Below, piece by piece: positions 55,801-63,791 of a stretch of DNA of 64,000 nt. Position 1 is the first letter of the stretch. Each line of letters starts with the position of its first letter. Source of the DNA: an uncultured Clostridium sp. (GTDB lineage: Bacteria > Bacillota > Clostridia > Christensenellales > CAG-138); assembly GCA_964392455.1 (NCBI GenBank), contig CAYMPG010000006.1, positions 3,131-67,130 of the forward strand, written 5' to 3'. Under the pieces are notes generated by a model that searched no databases, was not told the origin of the DNA, and saw only the letters and a program-made list of their open reading frames with translations. Both the position numbers and the translations under genes were made by a program.

Positions 55801-56171
55801 CTCTTGGATAGACCAAAGCCTGTGCAGAGAAGCCCGTCATTGCCCTCATATTTGGCAGCGTATACTACAAGGTAGCCCCCTGCCGGAATGGAGACGGAGG
55901 GGAAGGTCCACTTATGGGGATCCTTGATGTTGTCCGTAAGGGCGTAGCCCTCAAGCTCCACCGGGGCGGAGGAAGGATTGTGCAGCTCTATCCAGTCCGG
56001 GCTGCCGAGTATGTCATCCGTAAGGGAGAAGGAGTTTGATGAAACTACTTCGTTGATGTATATACTGGATGCAGAGCCGGTTGCGGCAATGCTGCTGCAG
56101 CCTGCCATGCAGCATACCAGCAGCAGGCAGAAGGATAGGGTAATGAGTTTTTTAATGGCTGAATTCATCAT
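52827..56171 (-). CDS. Large CotH kinase-family lipoprotein with four lamin-tail domains
   Basis: Lipobox MAGC. Four LTD-like repeats (INEVVSSN...DWIELHNPSSAPVELEGYALTD; ITEVMPKN...WAEIKNISDSSVLLSDYFLSD; INELLKFN...PWVELYNSSGDTVSLSGYCLSDD; ISEVSAVK...DWIELHNSSGDTINLEGWHLTDD). A chitobiase/Fn3-associated-like segment (IYYTTDGSKPT) follows. C-terminal CotH domain (YINGQYWGLYDLNENQNEDYL). Confidence 0.85.
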   Translation of the reverse strand: MMNSAIKKLITLSFCLLLVCCMAGCSSIAATGSASSIYINEVVSSNSFSLTDDILGSPDWIELHNPSSAPVELEGYALTDNIKDPHKWTFPSVSIPAGGYLVVYAAKYEGNDGLLCTGFGLSKSGELLYLVDPYYNVIQQLEVPELASDVSYARAADGSYGYCSAPTPNAQNSTDIFLSSADTVTEGASGSALAITEVMPKNSSTLQSADGSYYSWAEIKNISDSSVLLSDYFLSDSIAEPSKWRFPSATIDPGQYAIVYLSGEDSIDSGEMHASFRLGSADSVLALSNGTGSVISMINWTNPVYPGISIVASDTYTASPTPAEDNSAVTFASLSLGSMDAGAPVRINELLKFNEYSIRDFYGDRSPWVELYNSSGDTVSLSGYCLSDDPDNPFKWRFPEVNIEPGEYKVVFLSGNETSDGELHTSFTLSRSENQLMLTDTATMTYDIIELDPAIGDNVSYGAGSDGQYYFYSSPTPGGPNTTHPFASAADASVARTSSVYISEVSAVKAAKSSGTDWIELHNSSGDTINLEGWHLTDDPNDMYKFTFPSFRLSSGEYASISASTSSTSGVSAPFNISASGDTLILTDEDGNIKDIFETGALRLGVTSGRTEDDMTRVFFASPTKGSKNSSTVYSGFTSSPVFSDNSLYHKDSFQLSISSLSPGVRIYYTTDGSKPTVDSSLYTGPLTISKNTVVKAIAVADDLLQSDTAAATFLFEEPHTLPVVCLSIDSASFDEVYSVTDRWQKIEREGFCEYYEADGLLGTQFPCGLRVNGASTLTMKQKSLSIFLRGGCGQISSSYQFFPGNNVSEYTSLAVRNSGQDASKARLRDSFFSKCVAGLNLDYIQTRPVIVYINGQYWGLYDLNENQNEDYLATHYGADPDAVNIIRRNETPLAGTRTDFYRVRKYGLEVDTSSDSKYEEFCQWVDVDYFMDYLIAQSYFANGDMFNQKYWRTEDYSIKWRPVYYDLDLALSASSPTRNILPSYFNAEGIPSRDGSITNMDLYVGLRKNQSWCQAFGERYVYVALNYFNPERVIGILDQMVSEMEPEMERHIKRWGTPSSLSQWKSNVSELRACLEKRQSYALSYLQKEFGFTDAQMEEWKTKATASAADAQA

Positions 56172-56312
56172 AGCTACATTATAACATGGGGCGGCACAGT
56201 ATAAAACTCATAAAAAGTAAAAAAACTGCCTTCTGAGCCCTGCCCTGCCGCTTTTTTACCTGGAAGCAATGTGATATACTGTAATTCAGATGTAATAAGG
56301 AGAATAATTTGA

Positions 56313-56963
56313 ATGAGCAAGCGTAAAAAAATACTGCTCTGCATCCTGGCCGCTGCGCTGGTAATAGGCCTTGCTACAGGTGCTTTCACCTTTGGCGATA
56401 TTGCAAGGAGCCTGATTGGCGGCGACCCTGTTCAGGCGGTGCAGCAGGATGATACTTTAGAAACGGTGCAGCTTCCCGAGCAGCAGCCCGAGAGCGTGCC
56501 CGCAGAGGAAGGGCAGCCTGAGAGTGTACCTGTGGAGGAAGGGCAGCCTGAGAGCCTGCCTCCAGAGGACGAGCAGAGCGTAGAAAATGAGTCTGAGACG
56601 CCGGAGGCCACGCAGGCGCCTGCAATAGCAGAGGATGGGCATTACAGCACAAAGGATGATGTGGCGCTGTACATACACACCTATGGCAGGCTGCCGGATA
56701 ACTTCATCACAAAAAGCGAAGCAAGAGCGCTGGGCTGGGAAGGCGGCTCTGTGGAGGATTATGCGCCGGGGTGCAGTATAGGCGGCGACAGATTTGGCAA
56801 CTATGAGGGCATATTGCCTGATGGAAAGTATACCGAGTGCGATATAGATACACTGGGCAGGTCGTCAAGGGGTGCAAAGCGCATAGTGTTTTCAAATGAC
56901 GGGCGCATTTACTATACAGAGGATCATTACGAGACATTTGAGCTGCTGTATGGGGAGGAATAG
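56313..56963 (+). CDS. Barnase-family secreted/anchored ribonuclease
   Basis: N-terminal TM or signal segment and an acidic Pro/Glu repeat linker. C-terminal LPDNFITKSEARALGW...APGCSIGGDRFGNYEGILP...YTECDID...RGAKRIVFS...IYYTEDHYETF is colinear with barnase and includes the Glu and His catalytic positions. Confidence 0.9.
   Translation: MSKRKKILLCILAAALVIGLATGAFTFGDIARSLIGGDPVQAVQQDDTLETVQLPEQQPESVPAEEGQPESVPVEEGQPESLPPEDEQSVENESETPEATQAPAIAEDGHYSTKDDVALYIHTYGRLPDNFITKSEARALGWEGGSVEDYAPGCSIGGDRFGNYEGILPDGKYTECDIDTLGRSSRGAKRIVFSNDGRIYYTEDHYETFELLYGEE
56481..56570. repeat. Three imperfect 30-bp tandem repeats in the barnase linker
   Basis: CAGCAGCCCGAGAGCGTGCCCGCAGAGGAA / GGGCAGCCTGAGAGTGTACCTGTGGAGGAA / GGGCAGCCTGAGAGCCTGCCTCCAGAGGAC, encoding (Q/G)QPES(V/L)P.E(E/D). 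Confidence 0.85.
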
Positions 56964-56966
56964 GCC

Positions 56967-57236
56967 ATGGAAATAATTATACTGGATGGAACAAAGATGA
57001 CCTCCTTTGACGAGCTTCACGATTATATCAAGCGAATCATGCGCCTGCCCGGCTACTATGGGCGCAATCTGGATGCGCTGGCAGATTGCCTCAGCGAGCT
57101 TGGTGCCCATGTGACCGTGATACTTAACAATGCAGATGCCCTTAAAGAGGGCATGGGAGTGTATGGAGAAAGGCTGATAAGTGTATTCGAGGATATTTCC
57201 TCAGAGCCCGGTTCCTTTAATTTTATACTGAGCTGA
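56967..57236 (+). CDS. Barstar (barnase inhibitor)
   Basis: Begins 3 nt after the barnase stop. LPGYYGRNLDALADCLSE matches barstar LPEYYGENLDALWDCLTG, including the inhibitory Asp. C-terminal ..FILS. Confidence 0.9.
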   Translation: MEIIILDGTKMTSFDELHDYIKRIMRLPGYYGRNLDALADCLSELGAHVTVILNNADALKEGMGVYGERLISVFEDISSEPGSFNFILS

Positions 57237-57248
57237 TTTAAACTGTAT

Positions 57249-57278
57249 GCGCCGCCCAACGTATAACCGGGGCGGCGC
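57249..57278 (+). terminator. GC-rich hairpin after barstar (possible terminator; no clear T-run)
   Basis: GCGCCGCCC (57249..57257) pairs with GGGCGGCGC (57270..57278). Confidence 0.4.
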
Positions 57279-57330
57279 TATGTACAATATGGAGCAAATT
57301 AGTACAATTATGACATTGCCGGCAGGGTTA

Positions 57331-57360
57331 TTGCAACGGCGTGCCTGCAAAGCCTATAAT
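57331..57360 (+). promoter_or_regulatory. Candidate sigmaA promoter of the first two-component system
   Basis: TTGCAA (57331..57336), 18-nt spacer, TATAAT (57355..57360). Confidence 0.4.
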
Positions 57361-57420
57361 AACCAGAGCAAGGCGAGAATGCCTTAATCAGTTTAAAAAT
57401 TACGCCGGAGGTGAAACAGC

Positions 57421-58110
57421 ATGGCAGGCGGACAGCATATCCTCATATGTGACGATCAGCAGATGATACACGAGACTCTTAAGGTATATATGGAAAATGA
57501 GGGCTTCACCTGCTGCTCTGCATACGATGGAGAGCAGGCGCTGGAACTGTATGAATCACAAAAGCCTGACCTTATTATACTTGACCTTATGATGCCAAAA
57601 AAGAACGGCACTGATGTTTGCCGTGAGATACGGGCAAAGAGCAAGGTACCAATCATAATGCTTACAGCAAAGGGAGAGGAGATCGACCGTATAGTGGGCC
57701 TTGAGCTGGGTGCGGATGATTACATAGTAAAGCCCTTCAGCGCACGGGAGGTGGTAGCCCGCATAAAGGCGGTGCTTCGCAGATTCAATGCGGCTGGCGG
57801 CGAGCCCCAGCGCATGATACGTATGCCCGGCCTTGAGATAAACATTGCAAACTATGAGGTGCGTATAAATGGGCGCACCATAGCCTTTACCCCAAAGGAG
57901 GTGGAGATACTGCACCTTCTTGCTTCCAGCCCGGGAAGGGTATTTGACAGGGAGCAGATACTTTCCAGAGTATGGGGATATGATTTCTTTGGCGATACAA
58001 GGGCCGTGGATACCCAGATAAAGCGCATCAGGCAAAAGCTGCCCGATGAGGAGCTGACCTGGGCCATAAAGACCGTATACGGCGTGGGATATAAATTCGA
58101 AAACTGTTAG
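57421..58110 (+). CDS. OmpR-family response regulator (TCS 1)
   Basis: Canonical receiver (ILICDDQ, LIILDLMMP, MLTAKG, DDYIVKPF) plus a winged-helix domain (GYDFFGDTRAVDTQIKRIRQKL, VYGVGYKF). Confidence 0.9.
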   Translation: MAGGQHILICDDQQMIHETLKVYMENEGFTCCSAYDGEQALELYESQKPDLIILDLMMPKKNGTDVCREIRAKSKVPIIMLTAKGEEIDRIVGLELGADDYIVKPFSAREVVARIKAVLRRFNAAGGEPQRMIRMPGLEINIANYEVRINGRTIAFTPKEVEILHLLASSPGRVFDREQILSRVWGYDFFGDTRAVDTQIKRIRQKLPDEELTWAIKTVYGVGYKFENC

Positions 58111-58117
58111 GGTAGAT

Positions 58118-59848
58118 ATGTTCAGAAATACCATATTAAAAAAGACCCTCAGCATGATACTGCTCACAGTGCTGCTGAGCGCCGTGATAACAGCCATAGT
58201 ATTCAACTATTCGGGCAGGCGGGCCTTCAGCGAAATAAAGGCGGGGGAGCTTGTGCCCAGAACCAAGTACCTTGCAAATGTCACTGCCGACTATATGCAG
58301 GGGCTTATGGGGCAGAATGGATATGAGCGGGCAATAGGCGGCGGATTCAGAATATGGGATGCATCCATGTATGCCTACAATCGGGAGGGTAAGCTATTTG
58401 CTTACCCAAACAGGAACGGAAATGATGCAAATATCGCAGCCATAGAGGGATACCTCGCCACTGTCCTTGCAGGGGAAACTGTATACTCCCCAAATACGCG
58501 AAATGAAGTAGGCGTAATAGTCGGCGAGCCGGTCACCAGCATGTATGGGGAAGTGATAGGTGCTGTGTTCCTTGTAAAGCCACTTAAGGAGCTGAACACT
58601 GCCCTGCACAGCCTGCTGATAGCATTGCTTATAAGCATGGTGGTGGCCTCCGCAATACTTATAATACCAGCGTACTTTGGCTCAAAGAGCATAGTGGAGC
58701 CCATACGCCAGATGAATGTGACGGCCAATGCCATGGCCGGGGGAGATTTCTCAGCAAAGGCCGTGGAAGACGGCACGGAGGAAATTGCCCAGCTTGGAAG
58801 ATCGCTAAATCATCTTTCCTCTGCGCTGTATGCTACCATAAGCGACCTCACCCTTGAGAAAAACCGCCTGCATGCCGTAATAAACGGGCTTGGCGAGGGC
58901 ATAATCGCCACAGATGACAGGGGAGAGATAATAAAGATAAATCAGGCCGCAATGCACCTGCTGGGCGGCAGCGACGGGGAGGATATAACCCGCCTTGCCC
59001 CATATGAGGAACTCAGGCAGGATACGGATGCTGCAAAAAACGGCAGTGAGGTATCCCGCGAGATAAGGGTGCGGGAAAGGCTGCTGCGTATAGTTACCAC
59101 CCCTCTCGAATATGATGGCATAAACCACGGGGCAGTCACTCTTATACGGGATATTACTGAGGCTGCAAGGCTGGAGCAGACCCGCAGAGACTACGTTGCC
59201 AATGTATCCCACGAGCTGAGAACGCCCATAGCCTCTATTCGTGGGCTGGCAGATGCGCTCAATGACGGCATGGTAAAAAGGGATGAGGATAAGGCCCGGT
59301 ATTATGGCTATATACTCCATGAATCCATGCGGCTGTCAAGGCTTATAGACGATTTGCTGGAGCTCAGCCGCCTGCAATCGGGTACTGTGGCAATTACAAA
59401 GCAATACATCAGCGCAGAGGAGCTTATATATGACGTGGCAGACAGGTTTTCCGGAGCTGCCGCTGAAAAGGGCCTGACCATCAGCGCAGAATGTGGGTAC
59501 TTGGGCAGGGCATATACCAATCCTGACCGGGCGGAGCAGGTGCTGATAGCGCTGATAGATAACGCCATAAAGCATTGCTCAGGCGAGGGCACAGTAAAGG
59601 TGCAGACGGAACGGCAGGGCGAAAAGCTGCTGGTAAGCGTAAGCAACCCGGGCAGCATTTCGGAAAACGATATAGAGCATCTTTTTGAGCGCTTTTACAA
59701 GGCGGATAAGGCCCATACCGGAGAGGGCACCGGCCTTGGGCTTTCCATAGTTAATGAGGTGCTTACCCTTTTGGGCGAAAAGATATGGGTAAGGAGCGAG
59801 AATGGGAGGGTGACCTTCACATTTACCCTGGCTTTGCAAAGTGAATAA
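58118..59848 (+). CDS. Sensor histidine kinase (TCS 1)
   Basis: Two TM helices flank an extracytoplasmic domain of about 150 aa. HAMP, a PAS-like region, H-box NVSHELRTPIASIRG, and the N and G boxes (DNAIKH, GTGLGLSIV) follow. Confidence 0.9.
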   Translation: MFRNTILKKTLSMILLTVLLSAVITAIVFNYSGRRAFSEIKAGELVPRTKYLANVTADYMQGLMGQNGYERAIGGGFRIWDASMYAYNREGKLFAYPNRNGNDANIAAIEGYLATVLAGETVYSPNTRNEVGVIVGEPVTSMYGEVIGAVFLVKPLKELNTALHSLLIALLISMVVASAILIIPAYFGSKSIVEPIRQMNVTANAMAGGDFSAKAVEDGTEEIAQLGRSLNHLSSALYATISDLTLEKNRLHAVINGLGEGIIATDDRGEIIKINQAAMHLLGGSDGEDITRLAPYEELRQDTDAAKNGSEVSREIRVRERLLRIVTTPLEYDGINHGAVTLIRDITEAARLEQTRRDYVANVSHELRTPIASIRGLADALNDGMVKRDEDKARYYGYILHESMRLSRLIDDLLELSRLQSGTVAITKQYISAEELIYDVADRFSGAAAEKGLTISAECGYLGRAYTNPDRAEQVLIALIDNAIKHCSGEGTVKVQTERQGEKLLVSVSNPGSISENDIEHLFERFYKADKAHTGEGTGLGLSIVNEVLTLLGEKIWVRSENGRVTFTFTLALQSE

Positions 59849-59864
59849 GAAAAATGTGTGAATT

Positions 59865-59891
59865 CGCCCGCTTTCCATGTGAAAGCGGGCG
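59865..59891 (+). terminator. Hairpin / probable terminator after HK 1
   Basis: CGCCCGCTTTC-CATGT-GAAAGCGGGCG with a weak T tract. TGATATAAT (an extended -10-like element) follows about 6 nt downstream. Confidence 0.5.
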
Positions 59892-59961
59892 GTGTTATGA
59901 TATAATTAACATGAATAAATGTTGTAATATACAGGATAGTTTTTACGGAGGTTTACCATAA

Positions 59962-60654
59962 ATGAGCACTGTGAAGATACTTGTGGCAGATGACGACCGG
60001 GTAGTGCATGAATCCCTTGGCATATACCTCAAATCAGAGGGATATGAAACTGTGGACGTATACGATGGCAAGGCTGCCATAGAGGCGCTTGCAAACGAGA
60101 GCGGCATAGCGCTGTGCGTGCTGGATATTATGATGCCTGAAATGTCCGGGCTGGATGTATGTCGAGAGATACGCAAGGATTCCCGCCTGCCCGTTATAAT
60201 GCTCACTGCAAAGGGTGAGGAGATAGACCGCATACTTGGCCTCGAGCTGGGCGCTGACGACTATATTGTAAAGCCCTTCAGCCCCCGTGAGGTGGTGGCC
60301 CGCATAAAGGCTGTATTGCGCCGCACCAATGAGCAGCAGCAGGCAGCGGATGACGGCTGCGTAAACCATCAGGAGCTCTCCATAGATATAAAGAGCTATA
60401 CAGTTACCCTCAGGGGCGAAAACATAATCTGCACCCCAAAGGAAATAGAAATACTTTATATGCTGGCATCAAATCCTGGCCAGGTGTTTACCAGGGAGCA
60501 GCTTCTTAATCGCGTATGGGGCTATGATTTCGCTGGAGAAACACGCACTGTGGATACCCACATAAAGCGTATCCGGGCAAAGCTTGATAATACCGGCCTT
60601 AATTGGAGCATTAAGACCATATACGGAGTCGGGTACAAGTTTGAGGTCGAATAG
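59962..60654 (+). CDS. OmpR-family response regulator (TCS 2, paralogue of TCS 1)
   Basis: ILVADDD, CVLDIMMP, MLTAKGEEIDRILGLELGADDYIVKPFSPREVVARIKAVLRR. This last block is nearly identical to the RR1 block. Confidence 0.9.
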   Translation: MSTVKILVADDDRVVHESLGIYLKSEGYETVDVYDGKAAIEALANESGIALCVLDIMMPEMSGLDVCREIRKDSRLPVIMLTAKGEEIDRILGLELGADDYIVKPFSPREVVARIKAVLRRTNEQQQAADDGCVNHQELSIDIKSYTVTLRGENIICTPKEIEILYMLASNPGQVFTREQLLNRVWGYDFAGETRTVDTHIKRIRAKLDNTGLNWSIKTIYGVGYKFEVE

Positions 60655-60658
60655 CTGA

Positions 60659-62596
60659 ATGAAAAGCGTATTTTATCGCCGGCTGCTTATTGTGATGGTC
60701 ATAGTAATGATGATCATCACTATTGCCATGGCGCTGGGCAGCGGCCTGATGGGCATAAGAATATACGAGAGCATAAAGCTGGATGAAATGATGCGAAGGT
60801 CTCAGGCTGTGGTCAGCCTGGTAAATGAGTATGGCCGGGGCAGCATATCGTCAGATACTCTTATGCGCCTTGCGGAAAGCTATGTAAAATACGAGGAAGC
60901 CACCACCATCATCATAAATTCCGAAAAAAAGATGGTGCTGGAGGCTAATGCGCCCCAGGCTGAAGAATGGCATACAGACAGCGATTCCCTTTCAGAGATT
61001 TATGACAGGGTGCTTTCCGGGGAAACCGTAAGCGATACAAGGGTAAATATTGAAGGCACAGGCGATGCCATTGTGGTGGGCGTGCCTATTCAGAGTGACA
61101 GCGGGGAGACTGCGGGCGGGGTAGTGATACTCCAATCCACCAGGGCCGTAAGCGAGGCCATGAGCTCCATGCGTAAAATGACCTATACCTTCATCTGCTT
61201 TGGAATGCTGCTTACCATAAGCATACTCAGCGGCTATTTTCACCATATGACGGGCCCGCTCCATGAAATGTCAGAGGTGGCCATAAAAATGTCCAAGGGT
61301 AATTTTGACATTCGTGCCAGCGAAAATGAAGAGGGCGAGGTAGGGTTGCTGGCAAGGGCGCTGAATAACCTTTGCGAAAACCTGTCGGGCACCATTTACC
61401 AGCTTCGCTTTGAAAAGGGCCAGCTGGATGAGCTGCTGCAAAGCCTGTCGGATGGCGTTGTGGCAATGGATGGAAGCGGCGAGCTCACCCATTACAATGC
61501 GGCTATAATGTGCATGTTTGGCGTGGTAAATGTGGAAAAGCGCCAGGACCTTATTTCAGACCCCATGGTATGGAAAGCCTTTGATGAGGTATTTATCACA
61601 GGCGAATCCCAGTCCATAAATTATCCTACCACGGGAGACAGGGTGCTGCTTATAAGCCTCTCCCCTGTAAAGACGGATGAAGGCGAGCGCACAGGAGTGG
61701 TGGGCCTGTTTAAGGATATTACCGAAATGGAGCGCACAGAAAAAATGCGCCGGGAATACGTGGCAAATGTATCCCATGAGCTCCGCACCCCTCTCACTGC
61801 CGTGCGGGGGCTTCTTGAGCCGCTGGCCGATGGCATGGTAACAGATGAAGAAAGCCGCCAGCGCTATTATAAGATAATGCTGCATGAGGTGCTGCGCCTG
61901 TCCAGACTGATAACTGATATGCTTACCCTGAGCCGCCTTCAGGCGGGCACAGAATATATGGAGCTGTCACGGGTGAATCTTGAGGAGCTTATAAATGACG
62001 TTGCCATAAGCTATGCAGCGGCGGCTCAGCAGAAGGGCATATCTCTCGAGGTGGATTGTGACGGCGGCGCAGATGCCCTTACCGATCCTGACAGGATAGA
62101 GCAGGTGCTTATAATACTGCTGGATAATGCCATGCACTATACGCCGGATGGCGGGAAGATAACCATGAGGCTCCGTGCAGGCAAGCGGCTGCTGGTAAGC
62201 GTGGAGGACAATGGCTGCGGCATACCGGAAAAGGATTTGCCGTATATATTCGAGCGCTTTTACAAGGTGGACAAATCACGGGGCGAGGGTGGAACCGGCC
62301 TTGGCCTTTCGATTGCACACTATATCATGGAAAAGCTGGATGAGACCATCACTGTGGACAGTAAGGTGGGCGAAGGTACCTGCTTTACCTTCACGGTAAA
62401 GAAATATGTTTCCAATGCCATAGAGCTGGGGCCTGCAAATGCTGCTGCAAAGGCAAAGCACCAGGATATGGAAAAGCATCAGGAGCCGGAAAATGACGGC
62501 GAGGTGTACGATGCGGACTATGAGGTGGTACACTACCCGGCAGAGGAGAAAAAGGGCATAGGCATAAAGAAGCCCGAAATAAAGAAAAAAAGATAG
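60659..62596 (+). CDS. Sensor histidine kinase (TCS 2)
   Basis: Same architecture as HK 1. H-box NVSHELRTPLTAVRG, N box DNAMHY, G box GTGLGLSIA. It also carries a Lys/Glu-rich C-terminal tail. Confidence 0.9.
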   Translation: MKSVFYRRLLIVMVIVMMIITIAMALGSGLMGIRIYESIKLDEMMRRSQAVVSLVNEYGRGSISSDTLMRLAESYVKYEEATTIIINSEKKMVLEANAPQAEEWHTDSDSLSEIYDRVLSGETVSDTRVNIEGTGDAIVVGVPIQSDSGETAGGVVILQSTRAVSEAMSSMRKMTYTFICFGMLLTISILSGYFHHMTGPLHEMSEVAIKMSKGNFDIRASENEEGEVGLLARALNNLCENLSGTIYQLRFEKGQLDELLQSLSDGVVAMDGSGELTHYNAAIMCMFGVVNVEKRQDLISDPMVWKAFDEVFITGESQSINYPTTGDRVLLISLSPVKTDEGERTGVVGLFKDITEMERTEKMRREYVANVSHELRTPLTAVRGLLEPLADGMVTDEESRQRYYKIMLHEVLRLSRLITDMLTLSRLQAGTEYMELSRVNLEELINDVAISYAAAAQQKGISLEVDCDGGADALTDPDRIEQVLIILLDNAMHYTPDGGKITMRLRAGKRLLVSVEDNGCGIPEKDLPYIFERFYKVDKSRGEGGTGLGLSIAHYIMEKLDETITVDSKVGEGTCFTFTVKKYVSNAIELGPANAAAKAKHQDMEKHQEPENDGEVYDADYEVVHYPAEEKKGIGIKKPEIKKKR

Positions 62597-62608
62597 AACG
62601 GAGAATAC

Positions 62609-63499
62609 ATGGATTCCGCCGGATGCACACTTTGCCCAAGAAAATGCGGGGCAGACAGGATAAACAAAATGGGCGCCTGCAATGCGCCCTTTTTGCCATA
62701 CATTGCAAAGGCATCGCTGCATATGTGGGAGGAGCCATTTATCAGCGGGCAGAGAGGCTCTGGCGCAATATTCTTCTGCGGGTGCAATCTTAAGTGCGTA
62801 TTTTGCCAAAATCACGACATAAGCAACGGCACCATAGGGCAGCAGTATGATGGCAAAGCCCTGGCGGCGCTTATGCTGAGCCTGCAGGAGCGGGGGGCAC
62901 ACAATATAAACCTTGTATCTCCTGCGCCATATACACCCGTAATAGCAGAGGCGCTGAAGGCAGCCAGAAATGATGGCCTTGCCTTGCCGGTGGTGTATAA
63001 TACCAATGCATATGAAACTGTGGAATCCCTGAGGCTTATGGATGGGCTGGTGGATGTATACCTTCCGGATCTTAAGTATGTGCGCAGCGGAATAGCTTCA
63101 AAGTACTCCGGAGCGCAGGATTATTTCCAGTATGCATCTGCCGCGATAGATGAAATGTATCGCCAGCGGGGGCTGCTCAGCCTTGATGAGCAGGGCATGG
63201 CAAAGAGCGGCGTTATAATAAGGCACCTTGTGCTGCCGGGGTCGGTGGATGAAACCAGACGGGTGCTGGATTATATTGCAGGGCATTTTCCGAGGGATAT
63301 AAATATATCCCTTATGAGCCAGTATGTGCCCTTTTATCATGCGGATAAGTATCCGCCGCTGGATAGGCGCCTTATGAAAAGGGAATACCGGCGGGCTGTG
63401 GAATACGGCCTTTCTCTTGGCCTGGAAAACATTTTGATTCAGGAAATGAGCTCGGCCACCGCCGCATACACGCCGGTGTTTGATGGAATTTGCGACTAA
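62609..63499 (+). CDS. Radical SAM protein, PflX-type (pyruvate formate-lyase activase homologue)
   Basis: Begins 12 nt after HK 2 and has an SD GGAGA. N-terminal Cys cluster (CTLCPRKCGADR..GAC) and the radical SAM motif CGCNLKCVFCQN. Confidence 0.85.
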   Translation: MDSAGCTLCPRKCGADRINKMGACNAPFLPYIAKASLHMWEEPFISGQRGSGAIFFCGCNLKCVFCQNHDISNGTIGQQYDGKALAALMLSLQERGAHNINLVSPAPYTPVIAEALKAARNDGLALPVVYNTNAYETVESLRLMDGLVDVYLPDLKYVRSGIASKYSGAQDYFQYASAAIDEMYRQRGLLSLDEQGMAKSGVIIRHLVLPGSVDETRRVLDYIAGHFPRDINISLMSQYVPFYHADKYPPLDRRLMKREYRRAVEYGLSLGLENILIQEMSSATAAYTPVFDGICD

Positions 63500-63543
63500 A
63501 CTGTAAACTGTAGGTTTTAAGGCAAAAAAAGCAAAAAAACCTG

Positions 63544-63572
63544 TTGCATAACACAATATCTGGTGCTACTAT
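63544..63572 (+). promoter_or_regulatory. Candidate sigmaA promoter
   Basis: TTGCAT (63544..63549), 17-nt spacer, TACTAT (63567..63572). Confidence 0.35.
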
Positions 63573-63581
63573 AATATTATA

Positions 63582-63749
63582 AAGCGAATATGTCGAACTG
63601 CCCGGGATAAACAGCATTCTTCATTGTTTTTCCTCCAAAAAATAAACCGAACTTTTATCGTTATTCGCTTGTGCTGGGGGCATCTGCACAAAGCGATTTC
63701 CGGGCAGAATATTTGCTGGGAGCTCTGATGGTTTCAGGGCTCCTTTTTT
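63582..63749 (+). promoter_or_regulatory. Structured leader of unknown class ending in an intrinsic terminator
   Basis: Perfect complementary pairs: AAGCGAATA (63582..63590) with TATTCGCTT (63662..63670), and CTGCCCGG (63598..63605) with CCGGGCAG (63700..63707). CCTCCAA (63632..63638) is complementary to the downstream SD TTGGAGG (63774..63780). TGTCGAA (0A-box-like) lies at 63591..63597. Confidence 0.4.
63719..63749 (+). terminator. Intrinsic terminator inside the leader
   Basis: GGAGCTCTGA-TGGTT-TCAGGGCTCC (one G-U pair) followed by TTTTTT. Confidence 0.65.
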
Positions 63750-63791
63750 GCATGGATCTGGCATAAGAATATCTTGGAGGATTCTTTGCCC

